64,000 nucleotides of DNA, from positions 1-64,000 of IMG/VR virus record IMGVR_UViG_2814123203_000002; one strand, 5' to 3'. This stretch comes from a virus. Lineage: Duplodnaviria; Caudoviricetes. Each line of letters begins with the position of its first letter. The stretch's first letter is position 1. Both the position numbers and the translations under genes were made by a program. The notes under the pieces were generated by a model. The model did not search any database. It was not told the origin of the DNA and saw only the letters and a list, made by a program, of their open reading frames with translations. This document shows, in pieces, positions 51,729-63,000 of the stretch.

Positions 51729-52684
51729 CTATTTGATTCAGCATTGTTGTGTATGTAATTTGATATATTTATATATTATATCCTATTGACAAGTGTTTTA
51801 TAAATATTTCCATTATCTTTTTTAAAAAGCAAAACATAGTGTTTTTATCTTCAAATTTAATTATATATTACATTCTTTATTTATGCAACATTTTTTTATC
51901 TTCTTTATTTGTTCTGTAAATTTTAATTCATTATTTTTATAATCTATATAACAAAAATCTCTCTTTTCATATTAGCTTTTTTTAGAATAGATTTTGCTAA
52001 TTCAATCGCATCGTTTTCTGATTTTATCATAGACACTCTTGATTCACTAAATTCCTCCTCAGTTTCTTTGTTTTCAAAATAAATGTCAAAGTACCTATCT
52101 TCATAGTTCTTGATAACCATCGATAAGTCCTGCTTATTTTCAACTCGATTATCAATTCTCAAAAGAATGCCCAGATCTTCCACATATGGCCCTATGATCA
52201 TTTTACATTTCCCCTTCTTTTGGTATTTTATTATTTGTTATTTTGTTAATATGATACAATTACTTATGTCTACAGTCAACATAATTTTGTAAGACTGCTT
52301 AATACAAATCCCAAAGAACCTAATGTATTATACAATACACTAGGTTCTATTTCTATAATTCTGGGTTTTTCCATCTGTTTTAACAATTTCCTTTATTCTA
52401 AGCTTAATTTTGTCTTTATTAAACATTTTTTTCTTATCTAATCCATATTTTTCACACAGCCTTTCATAACTTGCTACAAGCCTTTCATCTGGCCTATTTT
52501 CTAAGAACTTAATCAAATATGTCCTCATTTGTTCCTTGAATTTATCGTCTTTAAATTTCTCATTCAATTTTGAACAATAATCTTCCTGAAACTGACGTTT
52601 TTGATATAAATCTTCTAAATCTCTGATAATTAATCCTACTTTCTCCTCATCTATATTCTCGTTTCAGAATCATTAATTAGATTT

Positions 52685-53190
52685 TTGAAAAGTAACAATA
52701 TTGAATACGAAGAGCCTTTAATAATCGAAGCACTTGAGAAGTATAAGAATAACGATTGCAGCTTAATTGATATTGTAGCATCTATTAAGGCCGAAAAACA
52801 AAATGCATATATATTGACAACAAATACACGAGACTATAAAAAAATAAGCACTCGATATTTTACTTACGAAGAAGTGAAACAATTATAGTTAAGAATTCTT
52901 TGATAGAGGTGAGCAATAATGGACAACTTATCTCAAAAGGAAAAATGGAGTCTCGATGCTAATTTAGATCGATTAGCAAGAAAAAGATTTTCTAATATAT
53001 ATGCGTTACTAATGTTATAAGTTTTCTTTAATATGTTAGCTGTCTCTAAGATGACTTCATTAATAACGATTAGGGTCATTTTACTGTAATCTACTTTTGA
53101 AACTAAGTCATCGATCGAATCCGAATGCTTTTCTTCATTGTATGTCAGTATATTTACAATTAAATCTGAATCAATAAGAAATTTTTCCAT
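52685..53190. pseudogene. PIN-domain (VapC-like) toxin broken by an inversion
   Basis: N-half (FLIDSD...EVILE) on minus at 52985-53190; C-half (SLID...ILTTNTRDY) on plus at 52685-52888. Confidence 0.75.
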
Positions 53191-53193
53191 ATT

Positions 53194-53403
53194 TTATTCC
53201 TTCTCTTTCACTTTATCTTTCAATATGCCTAACACACTTTTTATTGATTGAGGTTTAACTACTCTTACTCCAACAATATTATCATTTTGATCAACTATTA
53301 AACTAAGTCTGTCCCCAGCCTCTAACTTATACTTTTTTCTAATTTCAGCAGGGAGAGTGATCTGCCCTTTTGGAGTCATTATTCCACTTGTATAATATTT
53401 CAT
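53194..53403 (-). CDS. AbrB/MazE-type antitoxin (VapB-like)
   Basis: KGQITLPAEIRKKYKLEAGDRL; immediately upstream of the PIN gene. Confidence 0.88.
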   Translation of the reverse strand: MKYYTSGIMTPKGQITLPAEIRKKYKLEAGDRLSLIVDQNDNIVGVRVVKPQSIKSVLGILKDKVKEKE

Positions 53404-53673
53404 TTTATCTACCTTACCCTCAACTTAATTTCTTTGAGATATCTCCCTTGCCCATTTAAGATATTTCTCTTGTTTTTTTGCAGATAGATCCTTAACTAAA
53501 CAGCTCAGTCGCTATAATAATGTCACCAGTAACATTCGTTAACTCTTCAAATTCCCTTATCATCTCATCTTTAGTCAATTTTATAGTCACCTCTTTTTAT
53601 CAAAAATCTAAGAAGGCTATTAAAGGTATTATAAACCAACATAACCTTCTTGCCAATTTGATTTTTTTATTTG

Positions 53674-54897
53674 CTAATCTTTATATGGGTCATATTCATT
53701 TGAACCTGCCATACACACACCAATAGGTCTAAGAACATGTCTTATATATAAAGTATCTTTATGGGCCTCTAACACGCCTCTCAGTTGCTTATAAACAAAT
53801 GGACTTTCATCTGTACCAGCACCCCGCAATTCGACACCATAGCTCTTTATTGCTTTATACATTTGTTCTGAAGTAATTTTTCCACCACTCCTAGTTCGTG
53901 TCTTCCAGTTCATTTTCCCAGCTGCCTCTGTTCGACTCATTATACGACCAGCTCCATGAACAGTACTCTGATAAGAATCTTTATTCTCCTGCGAGTCTTT
54001 ACCTTCTACAATAACTGATACATCTCCCATACTTCCACCAATAAATCCCCATTGGTTAGGAGCTAAAGGCGTTGCTCCTTTGCGAACAACAATAACTTCT
54101 TTTCCATAATGCTCTTCTTTCCAAGCATAGTTATGGTGATTATGAACCGAAAACATACATTCTGCTTGTAAAATTTTTAATACAGTATCAATTACATAGT
54201 CTCTTCCAGCATAAGCATATTTACCAGCTAAAGTCATTGCCTTATAATACATATCACCTAATTCAGAATTCATATCTAGCAATGTAGGAGCTTGATCCAT
54301 ACTTTCGCCTGGTGCTTTATCTGAAAATTTTTTTCCAGCAGCTAAATTCAAAAATCCACTTGCTGTTTTATGTCCAAATCCTCTACTCCCAAAATGGTTG
54401 GCAATCCATACATCTTGTGTTTCCTCTTCAAGAAGTATATCAACAAAATGATTTCCACTACCTACTGTTCCTAATTGGTTTCTTGCTAATTCTTTTAATT
54501 TGTTATGTTCCTGAATGCCAATTTGTTTATAAACATTCCAAAGTTCATCATCAAACAACTCATGATCTACTTTTTCTTTATTGCCTCTGCCAACTCCAAA
54601 TGAAATATTTTTAGAAATCTCATCCATTATTGAAGAAATGTTATTTTTAATGTCATCATATTTTATATTTGTCCTAATTGCTTTGTTCCCACATGCAATA
54701 TCATAACCTACTCCACTAGGAGAGATTTGATTATTATAAACCACCACCCCACCAACAGGTTGACTATATCCTTTGTGATGATCAGCCATTAGCAAAACTT
54801 GTTCAACACTTCCATAGTTAGAACAAATAACTGCTTGTTCTACTGCATTTTGTAAAGGTGTTCCCCAAACTCTGATACCATCAATAATCTTCACCAT
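53674..54897 (-). CDS. rtcB: RtcB family RNA ligase
   Basis: VGYDIACG, GSGNHF, HNHHN, RKGAT, HGAGR, DESPFVYK. Confidence 0.95.
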   Translation of the reverse strand: MVKIIDGIRVWGTPLQNAVEQAVICSNYGSVEQVLLMADHHKGYSQPVGGVVVYNNQISPSGVGYDIACGNKAIRTNIKYDDIKNNISSIMDEISKNISFGVGRGNKEKVDHELFDDELWNVYKQIGIQEHNKLKELARNQLGTVGSGNHFVDILLEEETQDVWIANHFGSRGFGHKTASGFLNLAAGKKFSDKAPGESMDQAPTLLDMNSELGDMYYKAMTLAGKYAYAGRDYVIDTVLKILQAECMFSVHNHHNYAWKEEHYGKEVIVVRKGATPLAPNQWGFIGGSMGDVSVIVEGKDSQENKDSYQSTVHGAGRIMSRTEAAGKMNWKTRTRSGGKITSEQMYKAIKSYGVELRGAGTDESPFVYKQLRGVLEAHKDTLYIRHVLRPIGVCMAGSNEYDPYKD

Positions 54898-55174
54898 ATT
54901 TTCCTCCATATCCCATTTAATTTTGATATAAAATTTAAAAATTAAATCATTACGAAATTTCATCTACAGTGCTTTATTATGAATTTATAAAAATTGCTTA
55001 CTTTTATTTGGATGCGATATACCTCAACATCGTATCCATCAATATTATCAAATTCATTTAAATTATGGGTAGAATAACCGCAATTGTGCAAATTGCAAAT
55101 AAACTTCATAGGTAAACCTAACTTCTTCATACGCCTCTTCCGGTGTATTTCTATACTCTAATTGCCTCATTTCG

Positions 55175-55375
55175 TTACCTCCCAATATCTTTCCAATGGT
55201 TAGCATCTTCGTGATCACAAAACTTTCTGGCTTCATCTATATTTTTAAAATCATCAATCCATACAAGATAAGAGTTGCGGTGAAAGACTACAAAACGTTT
55301 AAATAAAAAATAACCCAATTTAAATTCTTCTCTTTCGCATATCTTAAAACCGTTGCGTTCTTCTATAAGTTCCAT
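55175..55375 (-). CDS. Hypothetical protein, paralog of 42245..42448
   Basis: Shared N-terminus and VFH...FK...EA.xFCD motif. Confidence 0.65.
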   Translation of the reverse strand: MELIEERNGFKICEREEFKLGYFLFKRFVVFHRNSYLVWIDDFKNIDEARKFCDHEDANHWKDIGR

Positions 55376-56382
55376 TCGTCCTCATCTCTCCTTTTGGTTT
55401 AATAAAGGAGAAGGCTGGCGCCCTCTCCTTTATTCGTCTACTTATTCCCAGTATAGTTCTACATATTCCTGTGCATGTTCATTGACAATCTCATTCCTCC
55501 ACCATAAACAATTTCCCATTTTTCACGATCACATCATTGTGATCGTCGGGGCAAAAAAGACAGCTCCCCATGTAATCAAAATAAAAGTCCTGTGCGCAGT
55601 CTGGGCTACAAAAGAAGTCATTCAGGAATTCACTGAACTCAATATCCATATCTGGTGATAACTCTTTTTCGCAACCTCTACATTTTAATACTTCCATTCG
55701 TCCCCATCTCTCCTTTATTCGTCTACTTTTTTCCATGATAGAGAGATGAAATCTTGAGCAGATTCATTGACAATGTCATAGATTCTTTCCTCGGTCTCTT
55801 CTGGTGTGAGTCCTTCCAATTCCTTATCATCAATTTCAATTTCATCTTCTCTACATGCTGCTGGATACCCAATGCTGAGTTTATATTTTACTTTCATAGT
55901 TTATTTCCTCCGTCTCTATCATAAAATTCATAACATGTCTTTCCATTCATTTTCACCTGCTTGCAACACTTACTGCAATAAATTTACTGTTCGAATCCAT
56001 TGTAAAATTCGCTTTTTTTCTTGAGCTTTTTTAAGTCAATTATTTGATTATTACCAATACATCTCTTTTTTGCTCATGGGGTTTCGCCCCCTTTTCAATA
56101 TCATTCCAAGTTTCTTTATAGGTTCGTCTTTTATTCTATCACCTCAAGTTTTGTATACTTAACAACATGTCCACATTTATTTTTCCAAACATGTACATTA
56201 TACCATTCTCCATCTTCGCAAAAATTTTTAAGCTGAGTATCTCCCATTTCTTCCCTGCATTCTGGACAAGTCCAATTCACATTGATGATCTTTATCCATG
56301 AAGCCAGCCTGCTGAATCCCTATTAGGTACAATAATCATTCTTATTGCCACTTGTCTCACCCTTTATATAAATTTTTTAATA

Positions 56383-56949
56383 TTACTTTGGCATATTGAA
56401 ACTTTTAGCTACTTTTAATAATATTTGTTCATTCTTATTATAAAATTCTTTTGAAACTTCATAAGAGAAAAAATACTGAGTTTTATTTTCTTCTGAAAGA
56501 TAATATACTTTAGCAATGTACTTATCATTTACCTTTCCTAAAAACATTTGAGCTTCAAGCCCATTATCAAGTATAATTTTTTGCTGAGGAAGTTTTAATT
56601 CCGAGAAATCATCAGTAATTCCTTCAATATAATTAACTCCATAAACCCTAATATCAACATCAGGATTCCCAATGTATAAATCTTTTCCATCACCATTGTC
56701 AAATTCTTCTTCAGAAATCCACTTGGCGGGATATGTTATCTTATATTTGTATCTTTCATTTGCATATGTTACAGTTTCTTCTTCTGAAGATAGTGCAGGA
56801 ACAGGATTAGACAATGATGCCTGTGTTTCTGTATATTCGTCGTCTGTAGTCGATAAAACATTTTTATCATTTTGACTAACGACTTCTTCCTGTTTAAATC
56901 CACATGCTGTAATAATCATTAGCAAAAATAGAATACTTAGCTTTTTCAA
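56383..56949 (-). CDS. Lipoprotein with PsbP-like domain
   Basis: Lipobox ITAC after a signal peptide; YKITYPAKW. Confidence 0.75.
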   Translation of the reverse strand: MKKLSILFLLMIITACGFKQEEVVSQNDKNVLSTTDDEYTETQASLSNPVPALSSEEETVTYANERYKYKITYPAKWISEEEFDNGDGKDLYIGNPDVDIRVYGVNYIEGITDDFSELKLPQQKIILDNGLEAQMFLGKVNDKYIAKVYYLSEENKTQYFFSYEVSKEFYNKNEQILLKVAKSFNMPK

Positions 56950-57215
56950 TGTAATTCCCCTCTAAATGTTGTATTTGTGAGATAATTTTAATTACACCTA
57001 CCTTAAATATTATTATCAATTTTTCATTGATCAATTAAAGTACTTTTTATATTCTTCTATCTCTTTGTAGATTCCATAAGTCAGATTATTCCTCGATTAT
57101 CATCATCTTGTTTGCCTTATTTTCTTCCAACGTCGATCCAATAAACAAGTAAATCCATGCTAATTTTTCTCCATTTTTTAGATAAAAGACATGTTTTATC
57201 TATCAATTAATTTAT

Positions 57216-57602
57216 CTATTTCTTTGTCTTTTTCATATTTTCTAGATTTATTTTTCTTTTCTCTTCTCTAATTTTCATAATTTCTTCTTGAGGAAAATAT
57301 TGTAATAATATTGGTTCAGAATAATATTTTGTTTCTCTCATAAAAAATGGCCTATCGATAACTTCAATTACAAATTCCAAAGAGTTTCTAACTTCATCTA
57401 CCTTCAGATTGTATTCGCTACATATTTCATCAATGTTCATGCCATCACTAAGACAGGAAATAATAAGTGAAATAGGTATTCTTGAACCCTTTATTACAGG
57501 CATTCCGCTTATGATTTCTGCATTCATGCTAACATCAGGATAATTATCTGCAATTGATTTAAAGTAGCTTTTTATTTTTGTTTGAATTAATTGATTAACC
57601 AT
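57216..57602 (-). CDS. DUF433 domain protein (antitoxin-like)
   Basis: SGMPVIKGSRIPIS...GMNIDEICSEYNL. Confidence 0.85.
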   Translation of the reverse strand: MVNQLIQTKIKSYFKSIADNYPDVSMNAEIISGMPVIKGSRIPISLIISCLSDGMNIDEICSEYNLKVDEVRNSLEFVIEVIDRPFFMRETKYYSEPILLQYFPQEEIMKIREEKRKINLENMKKTKK

Positions 57603-57730
57603 TTTGCTATACCTCTACATACAAAGTCTCTCTCGCTTGAAACTATTCTCTTTATGTTTGTTATTGTGAATTTCGTACTAAATACTGATTCCAAAGTAGC
57701 CATAAAATTCCCTCCATAATTTCTTTGATT

Positions 57731-58168
57731 TCAGCCTTCCCTGCGAATCATAACAGCCTGTTGAAACACCTCAAAAAGAGTGCTATCCCAGGTTCCAAGG
57801 GCATCGCAAAGGTTAAAATCATTGCTGCTATTAAATAAATTTCTTCCCAGTTGAACTATTTTCCGATATCCGCTAGAAAGCGTCCCGTAGGCTTCACTTT
57901 CTAGCTCTTTCCCATTCTCATCTTCTTCATATACACGTTCAATAACCACACGTTTTTCCTTGGTCCAAAAATCGACTTCCTCCTTTTCAACTTCTTTGAA
58001 TTTGTACATCCAGTCAAATGGGTATTCTCCAAACCTGCCGCCCGTCGACTTATATATCTCCGGCATTGCGAGTACATAGCAGGCTGCTTTATACTCCGTG
58101 TCATATTCCTGGTAGACTCCGAGCAGCAAATTATAATTCGCTTCGTGTTCCTCACTAACAAAAAACAT
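57731..58168 (-). CDS. Hypothetical protein (DUF6075-like)
   Basis: FVSEEHE, DTEYKAACY, LSSG...LGRNLFN. Confidence 0.55.
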   Translation of the reverse strand: MFFVSEEHEANYNLLLGVYQEYDTEYKAACYVLAMPEIYKSTGGRFGEYPFDWMYKFKEVEKEEVDFWTKEKRVVIERVYEEDENGKELESEAYGTLSSGYRKIVQLGRNLFNSSNDFNLCDALGTWDSTLFEVFQQAVMIRREG

Positions 58169-58221
58169 AAATTTTCACTTCCCTTTATTTTTTTAGTAGG
58201 CCAAATTTATCTTGTTACCTC

Positions 58222-59718
58222 TTATTTTACTTTTTTATTTAATTTTGTTGTACGTATATCTCTAATTTCTTCTTTAGTATACCAATGAGTTTCCCTTGGC
58301 AAAAAGTCAACAAATTTAAGCAGTCTTTTTTCAACCTCATCTTTATCTTGTACTTCAAGTGCATAAAGCTTGAATTCTTTTAGAAAATCGGATAATCTTA
58401 CTACAACAATTTTATTTTTCCTTTTATCCCATAAATCTAACTGATTATTTTCATAAAAATCATAGTCGTAATCGTACCTATTTTCATTTTCTTCATCAAA
58501 ATATATGCTAATTTTTGAAGTAGAATATGCTAATAGTCGTCCAAGCTCCAGTAAAATTAATTCACATGTTTTTCTATCATATACTCTTGAAACAATAATA
58601 ATATTCTTTCTTATAAATGATGGTTTGTTTTTAGGTTTTTCTCCAAAAAGTACCCACCCAAAATTATTCAAAAATACCTCGTATTTGCATAATATTTTTT
58701 CATCACTAAATAGTGATGGTTTAATAATAAAAGATTCTCTGTCTTCATCAATTCCACGTATTGACATATTTATACTAGAGAGATGAGACTTCATTTTTTT
58801 AGTTATTTCCAATAAAAATTCAGTCTCATTAATTTTATGAACCGTATCTACGGTTACATACCCTGTATTTTTCAGTAATTCTATAGTCTGTTGATCATTG
58901 TTATTTCTTAGCCACTCGACTATCTTTCTGTTGACAACAAAATCTTTATCTTTATTTTCATCACAATACATTTGCATTTGATTAATTAGCTCGCTGCGTT
59001 GATCTAGGAACATTCCTATTTTCTCAAATACTGACTTATCAATCACTTTATCTAGATAATCGTTGAAACATTTCCTGATATCTGCCCCTAACTTAAGATA
59101 GGGTTTTTCAAAAAATGAAGGTATAAGAAGTTCAAATTTTTTTAATTCTTCATCCCAATTTGTTACAATTTTTTCAATTCCGTTGTATATCGAATTAATT
59201 TCCTGAAGCCTAAGATTCCTTTTTGCTTCTTTATTCCATTGTGAACGTGTTTTTTTATCTTTAAATGAGTTTAAAGCGAATTCTTTTACACAGATTTTTC
59301 CTACATTTAATTTTTTACCATTAAACTTATTAGTAATATAGTAGATTTCCTTATTATTTTGACCACATAGCGAACACTTTTTTCGATTTTCGCCTTCTAG
59401 TATTTCATAAGGGATAAGTAAATTGTCATCTTCTTCTTTCCACTCATCTTGACATAACTTAATTATGTTTGGAAACATATCATTTACTGTTATTTTGTCA
59501 TGATCTGATAATTTACTTTCAATTATCTTATCATTAATTTCTTCATTCTCAAGCAAGAATTGATACAAGGTTTTATAACCTTTAATTGACTCACTATTTA
59601 CCAGTAAGTTCCTTTTCTTCTTATCCTTAAGAAGTTCCATATTCAGACTCTTCATTAGAATAAAACAAGCCCCCTTTGGTATGTATAGTCTACATTCTAT
59701 TGTATAACTTTTTACCAA
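58222..59718 (-). CDS. Large hypothetical protein with zinc-binding motif
   Basis: CSLCG...VGKIC; long AT-rich ORF. Confidence 0.6.
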   Translation of the reverse strand: MVKSYTIECRLYIPKGACFILMKSLNMELLKDKKKRNLLVNSESIKGYKTLYQFLLENEEINDKIIESKLSDHDKITVNDMFPNIIKLCQDEWKEEDDNLLIPYEILEGENRKKCSLCGQNNKEIYYITNKFNGKKLNVGKICVKEFALNSFKDKKTRSQWNKEAKRNLRLQEINSIYNGIEKIVTNWDEELKKFELLIPSFFEKPYLKLGADIRKCFNDYLDKVIDKSVFEKIGMFLDQRSELINQMQMYCDENKDKDFVVNRKIVEWLRNNNDQQTIELLKNTGYVTVDTVHKINETEFLLEITKKMKSHLSSINMSIRGIDEDRESFIIKPSLFSDEKILCKYEVFLNNFGWVLFGEKPKNKPSFIRKNIIIVSRVYDRKTCELILLELGRLLAYSTSKISIYFDEENENRYDYDYDFYENNQLDLWDKRKNKIVVVRLSDFLKEFKLYALEVQDKDEVEKRLLKFVDFLPRETHWYTKEEIRDIRTTKLNKKVK

Positions 59719-59736
59719 AAAAGGAAATTGTCACTT

Positions 59737-60141
59737 TTAGATTTTTATTGATATCCCTCTGTTCTTTAATTCCTCAATTAATTCTTCATTACTAAATTTA
59801 GACAAATCACTATTGGATACATCTTTTTCTTTTTTACCTTCTATCAATTCTGCAACATCATCACGAATTTTCAATGCCCAATCCCATCCCGAAATTCCAT
59901 CAATAACTGTAATTAGCTTTTCATTTTTGCATTGGTAAAGTGTAATTTCTGGCTCTTTATTTTTGTTGCTTCCTAATTCTTGATAACAAAGAACAAATGA
60001 ATCATCTGGAACCTCTACAAGTTGGTTAACTTTAACAAATTTTCCTCCAAAAGCATATCCATTGGTTTTGGATTTATCTACACTTGATATAATTTTTGCC
60101 CATGCTTTATGTCTTGTGGATAATTCAAACTTAGTAATCAT
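59737..60141 (-). CDS. Hypothetical protein
   Basis: AAGGGATG RBS, 134 aa. Confidence 0.55.
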   Translation of the reverse strand: MITKFELSTRHKAWAKIISSVDKSKTNGYAFGGKFVKVNQLVEVPDDSFVLCYQELGSNKNKEPEITLYQCKNEKLITVIDGISGWDWALKIRDDVAELIEGKKEKDVSNSDLSKFSNEELIEELKNRGISIKI

Positions 60142-60595
60142 ATGCTCATCCCTTCTACAATAATTGCAATTTTTGTTTGTTGAATTAAACTAATTATAAT
60201 CGTTTAGTTTCTGGAAACTTTTCCTTAGTAATACTGCGCCAAAGAATATCACTTTTAGAAAAAGGCGATTTTTTCATTTCATACACAGTTTTTTCTCAAA
60301 CATATAATTAAACTCCATTCATAAATTGATCTTTTTAAAACGGTACTAATATCTTCTATAGCAGACTGGATGTATACGTATGTTGCATCTAATATAGCCT
60401 TTCTTTCTCTAACTTCTTCTTCTGATAGGCCAGACCATTCAAAGTCAGTAAGAAGCATATCATAAAGACCTTGTGGGTATTCTGCTAAGTAATTTAGCCA
60501 ATCATCAAAATCCCTTGCTTGAGATTCTTCAGTATCTCTTGTTTCAATTTTAGCAACAATCTGTTTAAACTTGTTCATATTTATCTCTTCCTTTT

Positions 60596-61153
60596 TTATA
60601 AATAGGACTCCAAATCATTTTTTCCACCAATTAACTTAAATCTATTCAAAATAAAATTATCTAATTCTTTTCTGCTAACGCCATTGTAACTGTCTTCATT
60701 TGAATGGCAGGTAAGTTCTTCAAGCACCTCAAATAATTCAGGATATTTATCTTTCATTATCTCTTTGATCCTCTGCCAGTGACCTGCAAACGCACAGTCG
60801 TAAAAAGTATTATCAGAAGTATCAACAACTCCTAGGCCAGTTAGAGAATAGCCTTTTTTCTTGTAGTCTAATTCAATTTCCAAATATCTATTAGACTTGA
60901 ATATATAGTTGAAAATTAACCCGCATTCTTTTTCCCAATCTTCAAAAGTAATTGCTTCAACATTTTCAATTGTCATATATTCTTCTAGCAAAGATTCTAA
61001 TTCAGAATCAGTAATTGTATTCAAATATTCATAACAGGCAAATTGTTTTGCTTTAACTGTATTTTCACCTTCGATGTGTTTTTCAACATACATTTGTAAT
61101 AGCAACTTTGTCAAACTGATTGGTTCACAAGTAAAGTGTAATGTTTGTTGCAC
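60596..61153 (-). CDS. Hypothetical acidic protein
   Basis: AGGAGAG RBS, GTG start. Confidence 0.55.
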   Translation of the reverse strand: MQQTLHFTCEPISLTKLLLQMYVEKHIEGENTVKAKQFACYEYLNTITDSELESLLEEYMTIENVEAITFEDWEKECGLIFNYIFKSNRYLEIELDYKKKGYSLTGLGVVDTSDNTFYDCAFAGHWQRIKEIMKDKYPELFEVLEELTCHSNEDSYNGVSRKELDNFILNRFKLIGGKNDLESYL

Positions 61154-61353
61154 CTTAATCTCTCCTTTGTTTGGGTTTCTGTTAAATTTTCTAATTTATA
61201 ATCATTGCAAGGGCAAACAAGCCAATACAAATAGCAATTCCAATACCGATATTTTTCAGTTGTTCTAAATTTAAGTTCATAATTATCTCCTTTATTTGTT
61301 GTGACAAAAATAGGCGTGTTACATGAAAGTATCACGCCTATTTAATACAAACT

Positions 61354-62523
61354 TTATTCGTTTGTGTCCTTTGTGTCTAATTCTTCCGTCAATGCTTCTT
61401 GATGTTCATTAGCCGCTGCTATCTCTTGAATTCCATCTTCTGAAACTGCTTTAATCCTCTGTGCAGCTTTTTCAAATTCCTCAATGTTTTCTTCAAAATG
61501 GGCATTCATAGCCGCGACACGACCAAGTACATTTTGTGATTTTGCTGAGCCAGCAGTGCAGTGCATACCGTACGATCCTTGGCCACTAGTGTACTTTCTA
61601 ACTAAAAACTCTTTTGCCCAAAGTCCAAACGCTATAGGACTTACTTCTTTTTCTATTGCCTTTTTAGCTGTTACGAACAATATTGGTGTATGCACTTTTT
61701 TAAGCATCTTATTATTAGTTTTTTGGTCAAACTGTTCGAAAGCCTCTTTCATGTAATTTGTCAATTTAATCATTTCATCAAGAATTGTTTGATGAAATCC
61801 TGTTTCTTTAAATGCTAAAGAAAATTCTTTGACATCTTTACCTTGAAGACCTCCTTCTCTACCGCTAACAAGCATAATACTTTGAATAACAAGCTCAGTA
61901 TCAAGTTTCCTTTTTCTTGAATTTGCTGAAATGTTTACATATTTTCGGAAGAAGTCGCTATTAGCAATTTCATTTACATGTTTCATTACGCTACCTCCAA
62001 CTTCAGAACGCAGCTTTTCAATTTTGTTAAGTGCTGTACCGTTATTTAACCGACTAAACAAGTCATCAACTTGTTCTTCAGTCATATTCTTCATCTCTAC
62101 AAGAGTTAAAGAATATTCCCCGAAGATATCGCGTAATTCTTTATCTAGATCTTGGTAGTATTTTCCTTCAATATCAATTTCTATAATTTTTGTTTCTCCA
62201 TCTATTTCCTTTTCTACAGGTACCTTTGGAGACTTAGTTACTGGAAACTCACCTTGTCTGAACGCCATCAATGTCGATAAACGTTGTTGACCATCAATTA
62301 CCCAAAGATACTTATCGTCTGTACTTTTTACATAAATATCTGGAATCGGAAAATCAATCAGAGCACTATGAACTAACAAACTCTTTTGATCTTCAGACCA
62401 TACTTGGTTTCTCTGTACTTCTAAGTCAAATCTGATTCTTTTTCTGTTCCTAACAAACCAGTTGATTGACTTGTCGGATTTCGTTTTTTTAACAACTGAA
62501 AGTTCTTTACTCATTTTTCGCAC
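61354..62523 (-). CDS. DUF262 (GmrSD N-terminal/ParB-like) domain protein
   Basis: QRNQVW, PIP, VIDGQQRL, FSRLNNG. Confidence 0.88.
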   Translation of the reverse strand: MRKMSKELSVVKKTKSDKSINWFVRNRKRIRFDLEVQRNQVWSEDQKSLLVHSALIDFPIPDIYVKSTDDKYLWVIDGQQRLSTLMAFRQGEFPVTKSPKVPVEKEIDGETKIIEIDIEGKYYQDLDKELRDIFGEYSLTLVEMKNMTEEQVDDLFSRLNNGTALNKIEKLRSEVGGSVMKHVNEIANSDFFRKYVNISANSRKRKLDTELVIQSIMLVSGREGGLQGKDVKEFSLAFKETGFHQTILDEMIKLTNYMKEAFEQFDQKTNNKMLKKVHTPILFVTAKKAIEKEVSPIAFGLWAKEFLVRKYTSGQGSYGMHCTAGSAKSQNVLGRVAAMNAHFEENIEEFEKAAQRIKAVSEDGIQEIAAANEHQEALTEELDTKDTNE

Positions 62524-62619
62524 CTCTTTATTATTTTTTCTATTTAAAAATTCAATAACTTAACTTGTTCAATGTCCATGTTGTTATTTTAACTCAAACA
62601 GCTTTTGTATTCAAGTTTT

Positions 62620-63000
62620 TCATCTAATGTAACATAAAAAAATCAACCAGGATATTGTTCCAACAACAAATGCTGTCTGTAGTACAGTTGAAATATCATT
62701 TTTACTAAACTTTCTATTGATTATATGGTTATTCCTTTCGTTAATTTCTTTTAAACCAACCAATGGGTAATTCCCTTCGGATATTAATTCTTTAAGTTTG
62801 TTTATTATTTTTACTCCATTTTTATTATATTTAATATTATAGATTAAAATATGTCCTTCCTCATCTCTTGAAGCAATTACTTCATTATATATACAAAGCT
62901 TATCCCCTATTGTATATAAGTTGCCTTCGTGATTACTTACGTCTTCCTTTTCTCCTTCAACAAATATTTTTATTACTTCCTCGTTTTTAATCCTTCTCAT
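62620..63000 (-). CDS. Hypothetical protein with C-terminal TM segment
   Basis: GAGGGAG RBS. Confidence 0.55.
   Translation of the reverse strand: MRRIKNEEVIKIFVEGEKEDVSNHEGNLYTIGDKLCIYNEVIASRDEEGHILIYNIKYNKNGVKIINKLKELISEGNYPLVGLKEINERNNHIINRKFSKNDISTVLQTAFVVGTISWLIFLCYIR

Noticed and set aside
61354-62523. GmrSD restriction system
   Set aside because: Only the DUF262 domain is present; no HNH/DUF1524 part or partner
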